Source: Vibrio alginolyticus NBRC 15630 = ATCC 17749 (GTDB lineage: Bacteria; Pseudomonadota; Gammaproteobacteria; Enterobacterales; Vibrionaceae). Taken from it: a stretch of DNA of 32,000 nt. A program made the position numbers and the translations under genes. The stretch spans positions 1,290,001 to 1,322,000 of the forward strand of contig NC_022359.1 of assembly GCF_000354175.2 (NCBI RefSeq), read 5' to 3'. The notes under the pieces were generated by a model. It was not told the DNA's origin and made no database searches. It was given only the letters and a program-made list of their open reading frames with translations. Of the stretch, positions 1-8,609 are shown piece after piece. Each line of letters begins with the position of its first letter. Positions within the stretch are counted from its first letter, which is position 1.

Positions 1-1235
1 AGCTTAGCTCCAACAAGTTTTAGCTGCTCTGTAGGATCTGTAGCAAGCTTTGTCACATCAACAGGATCATTTGCAAAAACGCCTGTTGATAGCTGCTGAA
101 CCATGTTTGCTTGCTCGTTCGGATCCGCTAATGCTGCGCTTAGCTTCGCTAGGCTTGGCATCGCAGATACCATTGGTTGCATGTTCCAGCTTGCGCCTTT
201 TTCCAAGTAATGAGGCAGTCTTACCACACCTTGTGTCACGCTTACATCGGCACCTGATTGCATGTAAAGGCCTTTAATTGCCGTTTTAGCTGCGTCTAGA
301 TCGCTAATGTATTTACTAAAGTCATCGTCAGAGTCTAGCGCAGTGCTAAAGTCTTGGGTTTCACCGAGCGTTATTGTGTAGGCCGTTGATAAGTCTACTG
401 AACCTTCGTTTGAGTCATTTTTGTAAACGGTATTTAGTGTGTTTGTGCCAGTAGAAAAACCAGTAGCGGTTACTCCTTTGACTGCCGCTAACGTATCACC
501 TACAGACTGGGTACTGAACCATGAGGAGTAAACGATGTCGTTAGGATTAACTTGAGCTAGACCAAAAATGCCTTCAACCGCCTGAGTGACTGCTTGAACA
601 GAAGCAAGGTCGCCAGTTTCATAAACGATTTCTTTCGATTTACCAGTCGCATAACTTGCTGATGTACCAATTGGCTCACCATTCACGTCAGTAACATCTT
701 GTGTAACCGCAAAAATGTACTCGCTTGACTCATCAAGTGCAGCCAAGAACTGGATGTATAGAGAGCTACCTTTTGCTTGAACTACGTAGTCCTGATTCTG
801 AACGAGTACCTCTTCGATTGGGTTAGATTTACCGTCCCACTCGGTTAAGCGTTGGTTAATCTTGATGACTTTAACACCAGACGACAGCATGCCCGTTGCA
901 AAACCGTCGCCGTTGAAGTTAAGAACGATTGGCATAGACGTTGACCATCCATCCATCGTGTTCATTGAGGCTCTAGGGTTGGTTAAAGCATCATCGCCAT
1001 CAGTTGGCAGACCAAGCGTACCATCGCTTGTGTCCATTAATAAGTAAGACGGTGCCGGTACATCTGCGTTCGCTCCTTGAAGCGTAAAACTGATGGATGT
1101 TTCGCGATCAAGCAATGCTTGGACTTCATCTTCAAATTGAACTTTGTCGGAAGTACCAGAGCTGGAGGTATCATCACCACAACCAGCAAGAAGGATTGCA
1201 GAACAAAGCATTGATAATTTAAACGTGTGTTTCAT
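1..1235 (-). CDS. Lipoprotein, VolA-like surface lipase/lysophospholipase (5' part only; gene continues past the left window edge)
   Basis: Absent from the ORF track because its stop lies beyond position 1. My hand translation of the minus strand from ATG 1235 stays open to position 3 (411 codons): MKHTFKLSMLCSAILLAGCGDDTSSSGTSDKVQFEDEV... LLAGC is a lipobox after a short signal peptide, and GGAG lies 7 nt upstream of the ATG. The gene starts 20 nt after the fadL stop on the same strand, the arrangement reported for the V. cholerae fadL-homologue/volA pair. The lipase call is by context; the catalytic part would lie outside the window. Confidence 0.6.
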   Translation of the reverse strand, partial: MKHTFKLSMLCSAILLAGCGDDTSSSGTSDKVQFEDEVQALLDRETSISFTLQGANADVPAPSYLLMDTSDGTLGLPTDGDDALTNPRASMNTMDGWSTSMPIVLNFNGDGFATGMLSSGVKVIKINQRLTEWDGKSNPIEEVLVQNQDYVVQAKGSSLYIQFLAALDESSEYIFAVTQDVTDVNGEPIGTSASYATGKSKEIVYETGDLASVQAVTQAVEGIFGLAQVNPNDIVYSSWFSTQSVGDTLAAVKGVTATGFSTGTNTLNTVYKNDSNEGSVDLSTAYTITLGETQDFSTALDSDDDFSKYISDLDAAKTAIKGLYMQSGADVSVTQGVVRLPHYLEKGASWNMQPMVSAMPSLAKLSAALADPNEQANMVQQLSTGVFANDPVDVTKLATDPTEQLKLVGAK

Positions 1236-1255
1236 TGGTTTACTCCGTAATCCCA

Positions 1256-2491
1256 TTATTTGAAGGTGTAGTTCATCTGTACCGCGCTGATGTAAGCAGT
1301 ACCTTCTGAGTCAAACTTAATCTCTTCACCCAGAGCATTTGTCTCAGTGAAAGAGCCTGATTTACTCTTAACAAGTGCAAAGCCTGCATCGAAAGTTAAA
1401 TTCTCACTCATTGCGTAAGTTAGGCCCGCGCTGTACCAAAAACGGTCACTGTCAGGGATACTCAATGTCGCTTCACCTGCTTGTTCGTCGTACGCAAAGC
1501 CTGCACGGAATGTCCAGTCTGTATTAAGTATGTAAGTTGCACCAACGGAGTAGCGATTGTTGTCTTCATATTTCTCAGGTTTAAAGAAACATACTCCGTC
1601 ATTACATTCGTTACTGGTCGCTTTTAGTTCTTTAAATGTGCTCCAGTCGGTTTGTTGCCAGCCGTAATGTACAGCCCATTGTTCATTCAGTTGATGGAAA
1701 GCCGATAATTCGATAATTGAAGGGAGAGAGATTTTTAAACGGCCATCCACTTTTGGTGATGAAGCTCGACCAGAGTCGTAACTACTAAACTCACCGTCAT
1801 CAAAATCTAGATCAACCTTAGAGCGGTAGCCAAAGCCAAAACGGTTGTTTTCATTTAGCTCAAATAAAGCGCCGACATTCCAACCCCAAGCGAAAGTTTC
1901 ACCTTCCATGCCGACAAGGTTATCGGACTTATTACCACCTAAAATACCGGCGAGTGCGCCTTTGTGGCGAGTCAGCTCTGCTTCAGCGTATACGAGGTTG
2001 ATACCACCACCGACACTGAAAGACTCGTTGATACGGTAAGCGACATTAGGGTTGATGTTTACTGAAAGTAGGGAAGTGTCACCCGCCATATCACCTGCGG
2101 AAATATCATTTGGATAGTCAGTAGCAACACCGTATGTTGTGAACATACCGATACCCCAAGCCCAGTTATCATTGATAGGGCTGATGTAATAACCTGCTGG
2201 CACGATCTGTAAAGGGGCGACATCTTTCGCGTGTTCATTGTTTACAGTGTCGTACACATCGACTTCAGGGTCGATGATAGATAACGCGCCCGAAAATTGA
2301 GCTTCTTTGAAAAGTGTCATTGCTGCAGGGTTACGAGCAAGGACGCTGGCATTATCTGCGACAGCCCCTTCACCTGAAAATGCTCGACCAAGACCAGATG
2401 CCGAATGTTCAGCTACCTGGAAGCCCGCTGAGTGGGCATTACACGCAAACAATATTGAAATTGTAAGCAGAGAGCAGTGCTTCTTGTTCAT
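1256..2491 (-). CDS. fadL: Long-chain fatty acid outer-membrane transporter, FadL family
   Basis: ORF track 1256..2671. I trim the start to ATG 2491, which gives MNKKHCSLLTISILFACNAHS as signal peptide with AGGAGG 7 nt upstream. The mature N-terminus AGFQVAEHSASGLGRAFSGEGAVADNASVLARNPAAM closely parallels E. coli FadL ([22 protein letters not shown]...). The rest has a beta-barrel-like alternating pattern. Confidence 0.9.
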   Translation of the reverse strand: MNKKHCSLLTISILFACNAHSAGFQVAEHSASGLGRAFSGEGAVADNASVLARNPAAMTLFKEAQFSGALSIIDPEVDVYDTVNNEHAKDVAPLQIVPAGYYISPINDNWAWGIGMFTTYGVATDYPNDISAGDMAGDTSLLSVNINPNVAYRINESFSVGGGINLVYAEAELTRHKGALAGILGGNKSDNLVGMEGETFAWGWNVGALFELNENNRFGFGYRSKVDLDFDDGEFSSYDSGRASSPKVDGRLKISLPSIIELSAFHQLNEQWAVHYGWQQTDWSTFKELKATSNECNDGVCFFKPEKYEDNNRYSVGATYILNTDWTFRAGFAYDEQAGEATLSIPDSDRFWYSAGLTYAMSENLTFDAGFALVKSKSGSFTETNALGEEIKFDSEGTAYISAVQMNYTFK

Positions 2492-2715
2492 CCTTGACCC
2501 TCCTAGGGTGTCATAATGCTGGACCGAAGTCCTTGTAATTGTTGTGTGGTACTTACACCAATTGTTAATACGCGAAATACAACGGTGATGTAAATGTAAT
2601 GTTAATTGTATGTTTAATAACTTGTCAAAGTTTGAGCGTATTTTGCGTTTTAAATATGATGCATAGGTCAAACGATGGCTTGTAAGGGCATGTATTATCG
2701 TTATATTTTTGAAGA

Positions 2716-2732
2716 GAATGGTACGACCAGAA
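2716..2732. promoter_or_regulatory. FadR operator-like site GAATGGTACGACCAGAA
   Basis: The core TGGTACGACCA is identical to the core of the E. coli fadB FadR operator (ATCTGGTACGACCAGAT) as I recall it. It lies in the divergent spacer, 225 nt upstream of the fadL ATG and 128 nt upstream of the M50 gene start. fadL is a classical FadR target. Confidence 0.55.
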
Positions 2733-2859
2733 TTGTTTTGCGAGCTTTATAGTTAAATAACGATCAAATCAAGAGATAGCTCGCTTTGCTGTTTCTTCAC
2801 TTCACAGGCATAATTCGCGCTCGCTATGTAGTTATTCAATAGACGCAATAGGAACCGCA

Positions 2860-3942
2860 TTGGAATTACTGAATGTTGAATTTTTAGGTCGTTCGCTAAG
2901 GCTCGAAGGATCGATGGCTGGGTGGCAGCAGTTATATTGGGATAATACGTTGGTGTCTCAAATCGATGCCAGTGACAATACCGCAGAGACTTGTCTACAC
3001 CAGTTTAAGCTCTCTGCGGGTGAGGAAATCCTGAACTGTCATTTAGAGTGTTCTTTAACATGGCAACCGTTTGAATTGAGTTACAAGGTCACAATTAACG
3101 GTGAGCTCGTCAACGAAGGTTGTCGAAATGAAAAAGACATCGAGCGCCAAGTGCCAGAAGTTACGCCACCATCCGAAAAGCGTTTAAGTGTAATAGGCCT
3201 CGTATCTCTTGGGATGAAAGCACTTAAAAGTGCGAAAGTTATTAAAGTGGCGTTAGCGTCTGCAAGTCTCGCTGCATATTCTTGGCTATTTTCCATCGAG
3301 TTCGCGCTAGCGTTGATCGCTTGCTTGGTTTTTCATGAATATGGTCACATTAGAGCGATGAAGTATTTTGGAATGAAGACCAAAGGGATCTATTTGATTC
3401 CATTCCTAGGTGGTTTGGCGCTAAGTGACGAAAAGATAAACACGCGCTGGCAGGACGTGGTTATCTCAATCATGGGACCATTTTTCGGTTTAGTACTTAG
3501 TATAGTTTTTACTTTGCTTTATTGGATGACTGGTGAGGTGATCTTCGCTGGGCTTGCTGTGTTTAACGCCTTGCTAAACCTATTTAATCTGCTGCCTATT
3601 TTACCATTAGATGGTGGCCATGTGCTCAAAAGTATTACCTTCTCAATGAATACTTGGGTCGGGTTAGTTGGCAGTATTGCGACCGCTTTATTAGGCATTT
3701 TTATCAGTTACTATTTCGGTCTGACGTTGCTAGGGTTTTTATTGTTAATGGGAATGTTGGAAGTGGTGATGGAATGGAGAGCTCGACATCAAAGCCATTT
3801 ATTGCCATTAACCCGTTATGGGCAACTATTTTCACTTGCTTGGTACTTGGTCTCTGTCGGAGGTTTTGTTTCTATCATCTGGTATTTTGCCACTCTCGGA
3901 GATAGTTTGTTAAGTTTGCCGCTACAGATATTGGGCACTTGA
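2860..3942 (+). CDS. M50 family (site-2 protease type) integral-membrane zinc metalloprotease with a ~105-aa N-terminal soluble extension
   Basis: HEYGH (HExxH) sits in a hydrophobic segment and a second motif NLFNLLPILPLDGGH (NxxPxxxLDG) follows. Multiple TM helices. The start is uncertain: TTG at 2860 as in the track, or ATG at 2914. Confidence 0.85.
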   Translation: MELLNVEFLGRSLRLEGSMAGWQQLYWDNTLVSQIDASDNTAETCLHQFKLSAGEEILNCHLECSLTWQPFELSYKVTINGELVNEGCRNEKDIERQVPEVTPPSEKRLSVIGLVSLGMKALKSAKVIKVALASASLAAYSWLFSIEFALALIACLVFHEYGHIRAMKYFGMKTKGIYLIPFLGGLALSDEKINTRWQDVVISIMGPFFGLVLSIVFTLLYWMTGEVIFAGLAVFNALLNLFNLLPILPLDGGHVLKSITFSMNTWVGLVGSIATALLGIFISYYFGLTLLGFLLLMGMLEVVMEWRARHQSHLLPLTRYGQLFSLAWYLVSVGGFVSIIWYFATLGDSLLSLPLQILGT

Positions 3943-3952
3943 TTAGAATCAT

Positions 3953-3979
3953 AAAAAAGCTCCCTAGGGAGCTTTTTAT
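3953..3979. terminator. Bidirectional rho-independent terminator between convergent M50 and M48 genes
   Basis: AAAAAAGCTCCCTAGGGAGCTTTTTA: a near-perfect palindrome (GCTCCC/GGGAGC stem) flanked by an A-run and a T-run, so it can terminate both strands. Confidence 0.75.
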
Positions 3980-4016
3980 TTGGCAAGCTTAAGTAGTAGA
4001 CGATAGTAGCAATGAA

Positions 4017-4805
4017 TTAGCCACATCTTGGTGCTTTCGCGTTATACGCAGGCAGCTTATTTATGGTTGCTTGTAAATCTTTAATGCGCGTACTGTGCGA
4101 TGGGTGGGTTGAGAAGAATTCAGGTGGTTGAGAACCACCTGATGCAGCACTCATATTTTTCCATAAATCGACACTTTGACGTGGGTCGAAACCTGCTTTT
4201 GCCATGAATTCCAGCCCGACAATATCAGCCTCGGATTCCTGAGTACGACCGTATGGCAAGATAACACCGTATTGAACACCGACACCAAGTGCCGCCATCG
4301 TCATTTGTTGATACTGTTTGTACTCGGAAGCGCCAATGGCAACGTTTGCTAGAGACAACCCGGCATTTGCTAACTGACTTTGTGAGAGACGTTCATTACT
4401 GTGGTCAGCGAGGACGTGAGCGACTTCGTGACCAATGACTGTTGCCAACTGATCTTGGTTTTTCGCGACATCTAAAAGCCCGGTATACACGCCGATCTTC
4501 CCACCTGGTAGAGCAAACGCATTGACTTGTTCACTATCAAAAACAACGACTTCCCAGTCTTTAAATCCAGATTGAGCGGGAATGGTGTCAGTGATGTGTT
4601 TGGCAACGCATTGAACGTAGGCATTCGTTTTGCGGTCTTTGCTGATTGGGATATCTTTCTTCATTTGTTCGAAAGATTTAGCGCCAAGCGATGACATTTC
4701 CTGATCTGAAAACATCAGGATCTGGTTGCGACCCGTCGGTGATGCGCTACACGCTGTTAAACCCGCGATAGTTAAAAGAGCAGAGGCTTTCATCCATACC
4801 TTCAT
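4017..4805 (-). CDS. M48 family metallopeptidase lipoprotein (YcaL/LoiP-like)
   Basis: HEVAHVLADH (HExxH), downstream ESEAD and STHPS motifs typical of M48. The N-terminus MKVWMKASALLTIAGLTAC carries a lipobox. I prefer ATG 4805 (GGAG upstream) over the track start at 4817. Confidence 0.85.
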   Translation of the reverse strand: MKVWMKASALLTIAGLTACSASPTGRNQILMFSDQEMSSLGAKSFEQMKKDIPISKDRKTNAYVQCVAKHITDTIPAQSGFKDWEVVVFDSEQVNAFALPGGKIGVYTGLLDVAKNQDQLATVIGHEVAHVLADHSNERLSQSQLANAGLSLANVAIGASEYKQYQQMTMAALGVGVQYGVILPYGRTQESEADIVGLEFMAKAGFDPRQSVDLWKNMSAASGGSQPPEFFSTHPSHSTRIKDLQATINKLPAYNAKAPRCG

Positions 4806-5005
4806 AACAGGCTCCATTTAATTTTTGTTTTGAAGCAATAGTATATACCCAAATAGTAACATGATGCATGGATCAAGTTATTCATCTGATTAATAAAGAA
4901 GGTGAGATGTTACGTCTTGAAGTTATGCCCAAGTAGCGTCTATGCTAGCTTCCTAGCACATCGTTACAACCTAACAAACCAGTTTGTGAAACTAAGAGTA
5001 AAACA

Positions 5006-5440
5006 ATGAGTATATGGAAAAAGCCCGTAAGCATAGAGATTCTGAATGCCACGTCAAAAAATACCCTGATCGAGCACCTACAAATTAAATATACAGATTT
5101 CACTGACGACTCCCTTACAGCAACCATGCCCGTATGCAGCTTTACTCATCAACCTTTAGGAATGCTTCACGGTGGTGCATCAGTCGTGCTCGCAGAAACA
5201 TTAGGCTCATTAGCTGCAAACTTCTCTGTCGATGAGGGCAGCTACTGCGTCGGTTTAGATATTAACGCGAACCATGTGCGAGCCATGCGAAGTGGTCATG
5301 TGATTGGTACGGCAAAACCGCTTCATCTGGGTATTTCAACGCAAGTGTGGCAAATCGATATCACTGATGAGCGAGGCCGTTTAGTGTGTACCAGTCGCTT
5401 GACCATCGCTGTGAAACAACACAAAACAAAGTCGGTATAA
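5006..5440 (+). CDS. Hotdog-fold acyl-CoA thioesterase, PaaI/YdiI(MenI)/EntH-like
   Basis: [43 protein letters not shown]...[21 protein letters not shown] aligns by eye with E. coli YdiI (…[30 protein letters not shown]). Confidence 0.85.
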   Translation: [144 protein letters not shown]

Positions 5441-5446
5441 ACTAAG

Positions 5447-5680
5447 ATGGTGATTGAGTTTTCATTAGGAAAAATCATTGCAACCCAGCGTGAAATAGTG
5501 ATTAAGCTCTCCGGTAGTGCAATGGTAACCTTGCAAGCGCAAACCGATGCAATTCAGTTGCTGGGTAGAGGAGCGAACGTTGTTTTATCTCATGGAGCAG
5601 AGTGCAAATGGTCTATCAAGCTGGACAACGAGGAACAACTGGCCGAACTTTCGCGAGAAATTGGTATCGATATTCAATAA
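5447..5680 (+). CDS. Small conserved hypothetical protein (77 aa), function unknown
   Basis: The ORF starts 6 nt after the thioesterase stop on the same strand and fills the gap exactly, with no alternative ORF. Weak RBS. I recognise no motifs. It may be one of the short Vibrio DUF families, but I cannot verify that. Confidence 0.5.
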   Translation: MVIEFSLGKIIATQREIVIKLSGSAMVTLQAQTDAIQLLGRGANVVLSHGAECKWSIKLDNEEQLAELSREIGIDIQ

Positions 5681-5759
5681 TTTATAGTGTGATGTTTGCA
5701 CTTTTTGGTAAAAATGAGGAAACTTAGCTTATCGACAACAAGATAAGAATTTCCTCTTT

Positions 5760-7469
5760 ATGAGTAGCCCTCGTTTACGTGTTCAGTTCGAAACACTGTT
5801 TGAAAAATTTTCCGGTCACGATACGGACGTTCAGCTCGAAGACATCACCGAAGCGTTGTTTTGTACACGTCGTAATGCTCGTATTGTTCTAAATAAACTT
5901 GAAGAAGAGGGCTGGATTGAGTGGCATCCGGCAGCGGGTCGAGGAAAACTTTCGAAACTCGTTTTTAAACGTAATCGAAGCGATGTCAGCGAAAACCTCG
6001 CCAGGCGTTATCTCGATGAAGGGAAAATCGGTCAGGCTCTAGATGCGCTTGATAACGATGCGGCACGATTGACGCAGGTTATCCAAGGTTATTTAGGGCT
6101 TCAACATCGGCAGGGCGAGCAGGTCGTGCGTTTGCCTTATTATCGACCATTGTCGATGTTAAACCCGCAGAAACCGATGCGGCGTTCTGAACAGCACATC
6201 GCCAGACAAATTTTTAGCGGACTCACTCGCCTTGATGAAAATGAACAACTTCAACCAGATTTAGCCCACACGTGGGAAGCAATTTCTGATACACATTGGC
6301 GTTTTTATCTTCGTCGTGGAGTACGCTTTCATAATGGTGAACCGTTAACAACCAGTTGTGTTCTTGAGAGTGTGCTTGCGTTAAATGGCTTGAACTTGTT
6401 TTCTCACATAAAGCGGGTGTCTTCACCACAAGAGTGGACCGTTGATATTGAGCTCGTCCGTCCTGATCGCTACCTTCCTCTGGCTCTGAGTGAGTCGCAA
6501 GCAAAAATTTTGCTACCGAGTGCTTTGCGTTCTGAAAGCTTCGATAGACAACCGATAGGGACAGGGCCGTTCCAAGTTAAAATGAATGATGATAAGCGTC
6601 TTATTTTGACTGCTTTTGATGGCTACTTTGGTTTTCGCCCTTTACTTGACCAAGTGGAGGTGTGGGTAATCGATGAAGCCTATTCTTCAATGGTTTATCC
6701 AAGCCTGTCAAAGCCGAAGATGGATAAACAAGGTTCATCCGATGAAGTCGAGCTGGACCCTGGCTGTACATTCCTATTACTAAACAAAAACACCGGGATT
6801 GCAAAAGATCCACGTTGGGCAGAGTTCCTCTCGCAAACCCTCAACAGTCACCAGATTTACTCGCATGTTCCACAAGATAAAGTGATGGAACTGGGAGTAT
6901 TGCAAGCCTTTGGCCTTAAGCCTGGTTGGATTGATCTTAGGCCAGCAGAAGCGGGCAGCGTACCACAGGCTAATAAGGTAATTTCCGTAGCGTATCAGAA
7001 AAAGCATCCGATGTTTCCAGTAGTTGCCAAGGCCATCAAGACACTCTTAAAACCGCACGGTATAGAGGTTGAGTTTATTCGTTATGATTCTCAACCGCCC
7101 GCACCGGAGGAAGTGGATATCTGGGTGAAAGCTATGGGCATTGCAACGAACCGAAATGACGCGTTGGCGGGCTGGCTCCTGGATTACAGTGATATTGAGA
7201 AGTTCAGTTCAGGTTACGATTTTAGTGAATGGGCTAAACTTGTCGATCAATGGCGTGCCGGCATGCACACAGACTTTCCTGCGCGTGAGCTAGGACGACA
7301 GTTAGTAAAAAGCTGTCAGGTGATTCCTATGTTTCACTGCTGGCTAGGCGTGAATAAAGACCACAGCGGTGCGTTACAAAATGCAAAGTGTAATGCCTTA
7401 GGTTGGTTTGATTTTAATAATGTATGGGTCAAACCGGATATAGAAAGTAACCATGGCGAAACCGAATAA
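5760..7469 (+). CDS. SgrR-family transcriptional regulator (N-terminal wHTH plus C-terminal family-5 solute-binding domain)
   Basis: The N-terminus MSSPRLRVQFETLFEKF...LEDITEALFCTRRNARIVLNKLEEEGWIEWHPAAGRGKLSKL parallels E. coli SgrR (…[36 protein letters not shown]). At 569 aa it matches the family size. Confidence 0.85.
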   Translation: MSSPRLRVQFETLFEKFSGHDTDVQLEDITEALFCTRRNARIVLNKLEEEGWIEWHPAAGRGKLSKLVFKRNRSDVSENLARRYLDEGKIGQALDALDNDAARLTQVIQGYLGLQHRQGEQVVRLPYYRPLSMLNPQKPMRRSEQHIARQIFSGLTRLDENEQLQPDLAHTWEAISDTHWRFYLRRGVRFHNGEPLTTSCVLESVLALNGLNLFSHIKRVSSPQEWTVDIELVRPDRYLPLALSESQAKILLPSALRSESFDRQPIGTGPFQVKMNDDKRLILTAFDGYFGFRPLLDQVEVWVIDEAYSSMVYPSLSKPKMDKQGSSDEVELDPGCTFLLLNKNTGIAKDPRWAEFLSQTLNSHQIYSHVPQDKVMELGVLQAFGLKPGWIDLRPAEAGSVPQANKVISVAYQKKHPMFPVVAKAIKTLLKPHGIEVEFIRYDSQPPAPEEVDIWVKAMGIATNRNDALAGWLLDYSDIEKFSSGYDFSEWAKLVDQWRAGMHTDFPARELGRQLVKSCQVIPMFHCWLGVNKDHSGALQNAKCNALGWFDFNNVWVKPDIESNHGETE

Positions 7470-7704
7470 AAAACAACCGACGAAAACCGTCGATATCTTT
7501 TGCTCTAAATGTAAAACTCAACTATTTAAGTACCGTAAAGGCGGGAAAGGCGCACTGGTTAAATGCTTCAAAGAGCGCATTGTTGACGATTTCACACAAA
7601 CCCCATGTATTTGCCCCGCTTGCGGACAAGAGTTTGCAAGAGATACTTTAGTAAGAGGAACCCCCGCTTACAAAATGATTGGCGGCAAAGTGACGATGAA
7701 ATAA
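7453..7704 (+). CDS. Small basic Zn-ribbon protein (83 aa), function unknown
   Basis: CSKC (CxxC) and CICPAC (CxCxxC) cysteine pairs and a Lys-rich N-terminus. Its ATG lies 17 nt inside the 3' end of the SgrR-like gene in another frame. Confidence 0.6.
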   Translation: MAKPNKKQPTKTVDIFCSKCKTQLFKYRKGGKGALVKCFKERIVDDFTQTPCICPACGQEFARDTLVRGTPAYKMIGGKVTMK

Positions 7705-7718
7705 TAAAGGGCTAGAAA

Positions 7719-8051
7719 ATGAGTATGAAACATGACTATTGCATGGTTTTAAGTACAACCAGTAATGAAAAAAATCGAGATCAGATCATTAAAGGTTTGC
7801 TAGATGCACAATTAGCCGCGTGTATTCAAACAATGCCTATTGAAAGCCACTACGTTTGGAAAGGGGAGGTTTGTACTGACAACGAATGGTTGCTGGTGAT
7901 CAAAACTCGTCGAGAGCTCTATGAATTGGTGGAAGAGAAAATAGAAAACCTGCACGAATACGAGGTCGCTCAAATCGTACAGGTTCCAATTGTTGATGGG
8001 TTTAACCCTTATTTAGAATGGTTGAGAGAATCGACGTTGAGCCGACATTAA
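7719..8051 (+). CDS. cutA: Divalent-cation tolerance protein CutA
   Basis: 110 aa. The pattern ...AACIQ...ESHYVWKGEV...EWLLVIKT...YEV..IV..PI..G...YLEWL is the CutA1 family pattern. An AAGGG RBS precedes the ATG. Confidence 0.9.
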   Translation: MSMKHDYCMVLSTTSNEKNRDQIIKGLLDAQLAACIQTMPIESHYVWKGEVCTDNEWLLVIKTRRELYELVEEKIENLHEYEVAQIVQVPIVDGFNPYLEWLRESTLSRH

Positions 8052-8609
8052 GAATAACGACAACACTGCACCAACGGTATCGCACAACATATCTTTCTGG
8101 GCATCCCATATGTCACCTTGCGAGCCCAGAAAGGCAATTCCCTCATCGCCACCAGCCAATTCCGCATACCACCATTCGATAATCTCATAGCCAGCAGCAA
8201 GTGACATGATAGCAAACAAAGCAAACCAGCAAGAGAACGCTTTGTTGAACCGTTTTTTGTTTATCAAGTATTCAGCGATCGGATATGCGTAAAGGCCAAT
8301 TGAAAAGTGCGCAATGCGGTCAAAATTATTTCGCTCTGAACCAATCATGTCGTTAAACCAGTCAAACGGCACTTCGGAGAACGTATATTTCGCACCGATA
8401 GTGTGCAAACAGAGCCAGATGAACATTAAAAAGTAAGCCGTATTACTGAACTGATAGCGAATCGAAATCGCCCAAATAGCAACAAGAATACCAATCGCCG
8501 GGATAATCTCCGCAAACCAAACTGCACGTGAGTTAGGTTCCAACGCAGAAAATAAAAACACGATGGCATAAAAAATCGTTAATCCTAAGAGTGTCGAGGT
8601 GCTTTTCAT
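8013..8609 (-). CDS. Inner-membrane protein, DUF2238/YjdF-like
   Basis: 198 aa, about 6 hydrophobic helices. The FDRIAHFSIGLYAYPIAE and AGYEIIEWWYA segments resemble the E. coli YjdF family as I recall it. The family assignment is not verifiable here. Confidence 0.6.
   Translation of the reverse strand: MKSTSTLLGLTIFYAIVFLFSALEPNSRAVWFAEIIPAIGILVAIWAISIRYQFSNTAYFLMFIWLCLHTIGAKYTFSEVPFDWFNDMIGSERNNFDRIAHFSIGLYAYPIAEYLINKKRFNKAFSCWFALFAIMSLAAGYEIIEWWYAELAGGDEGIAFLGSQGDIWDAQKDMLCDTVGAVLSLFLMSAQRRFSQPF

Noticed and set aside
50-1047. Plus-strand ORFs 50..277 and 862..1047 from the track
   Set aside because: Both are antisense to the continuous 411-codon lipoprotein frame that I translated by hand. 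Both use non-ATG starts and have no motifs.
2492-2671. 60-codon N-terminal extension of the fadL ORF given in the ORF track (MTYASYLKRK…)
   Set aside because: The extension has no signal-peptide character. A canonical signal peptide with a strong AGGAGG RBS starts at ATG 2491. The upstream part is AT-rich promoter or leader sequence that merely lacks an in-frame stop.
2740-2797. Hairpin GCGAGCT-N31-AGCTCGC followed by a T-rich stretch upstream of the M50 gene, considered as an attenuator or riboswitch
   Set aside because: The stem is only 7 bp with a large unstructured AT-rich loop. It does not resemble any riboswitch class I know, and it sits in a divergent promoter region where such dyads arise easily. 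It is not strong enough to report as a feature.
5681-5759. Search for an SgrS-like sRNA or sgrT next to the SgrR-family gene
   Set aside because: The upstream spacer is only 79 nt and follows a same-strand gene. There is no divergent promoter, no terminator hairpin and no small ORF. There is no evidence for an sgrS equivalent in this window.
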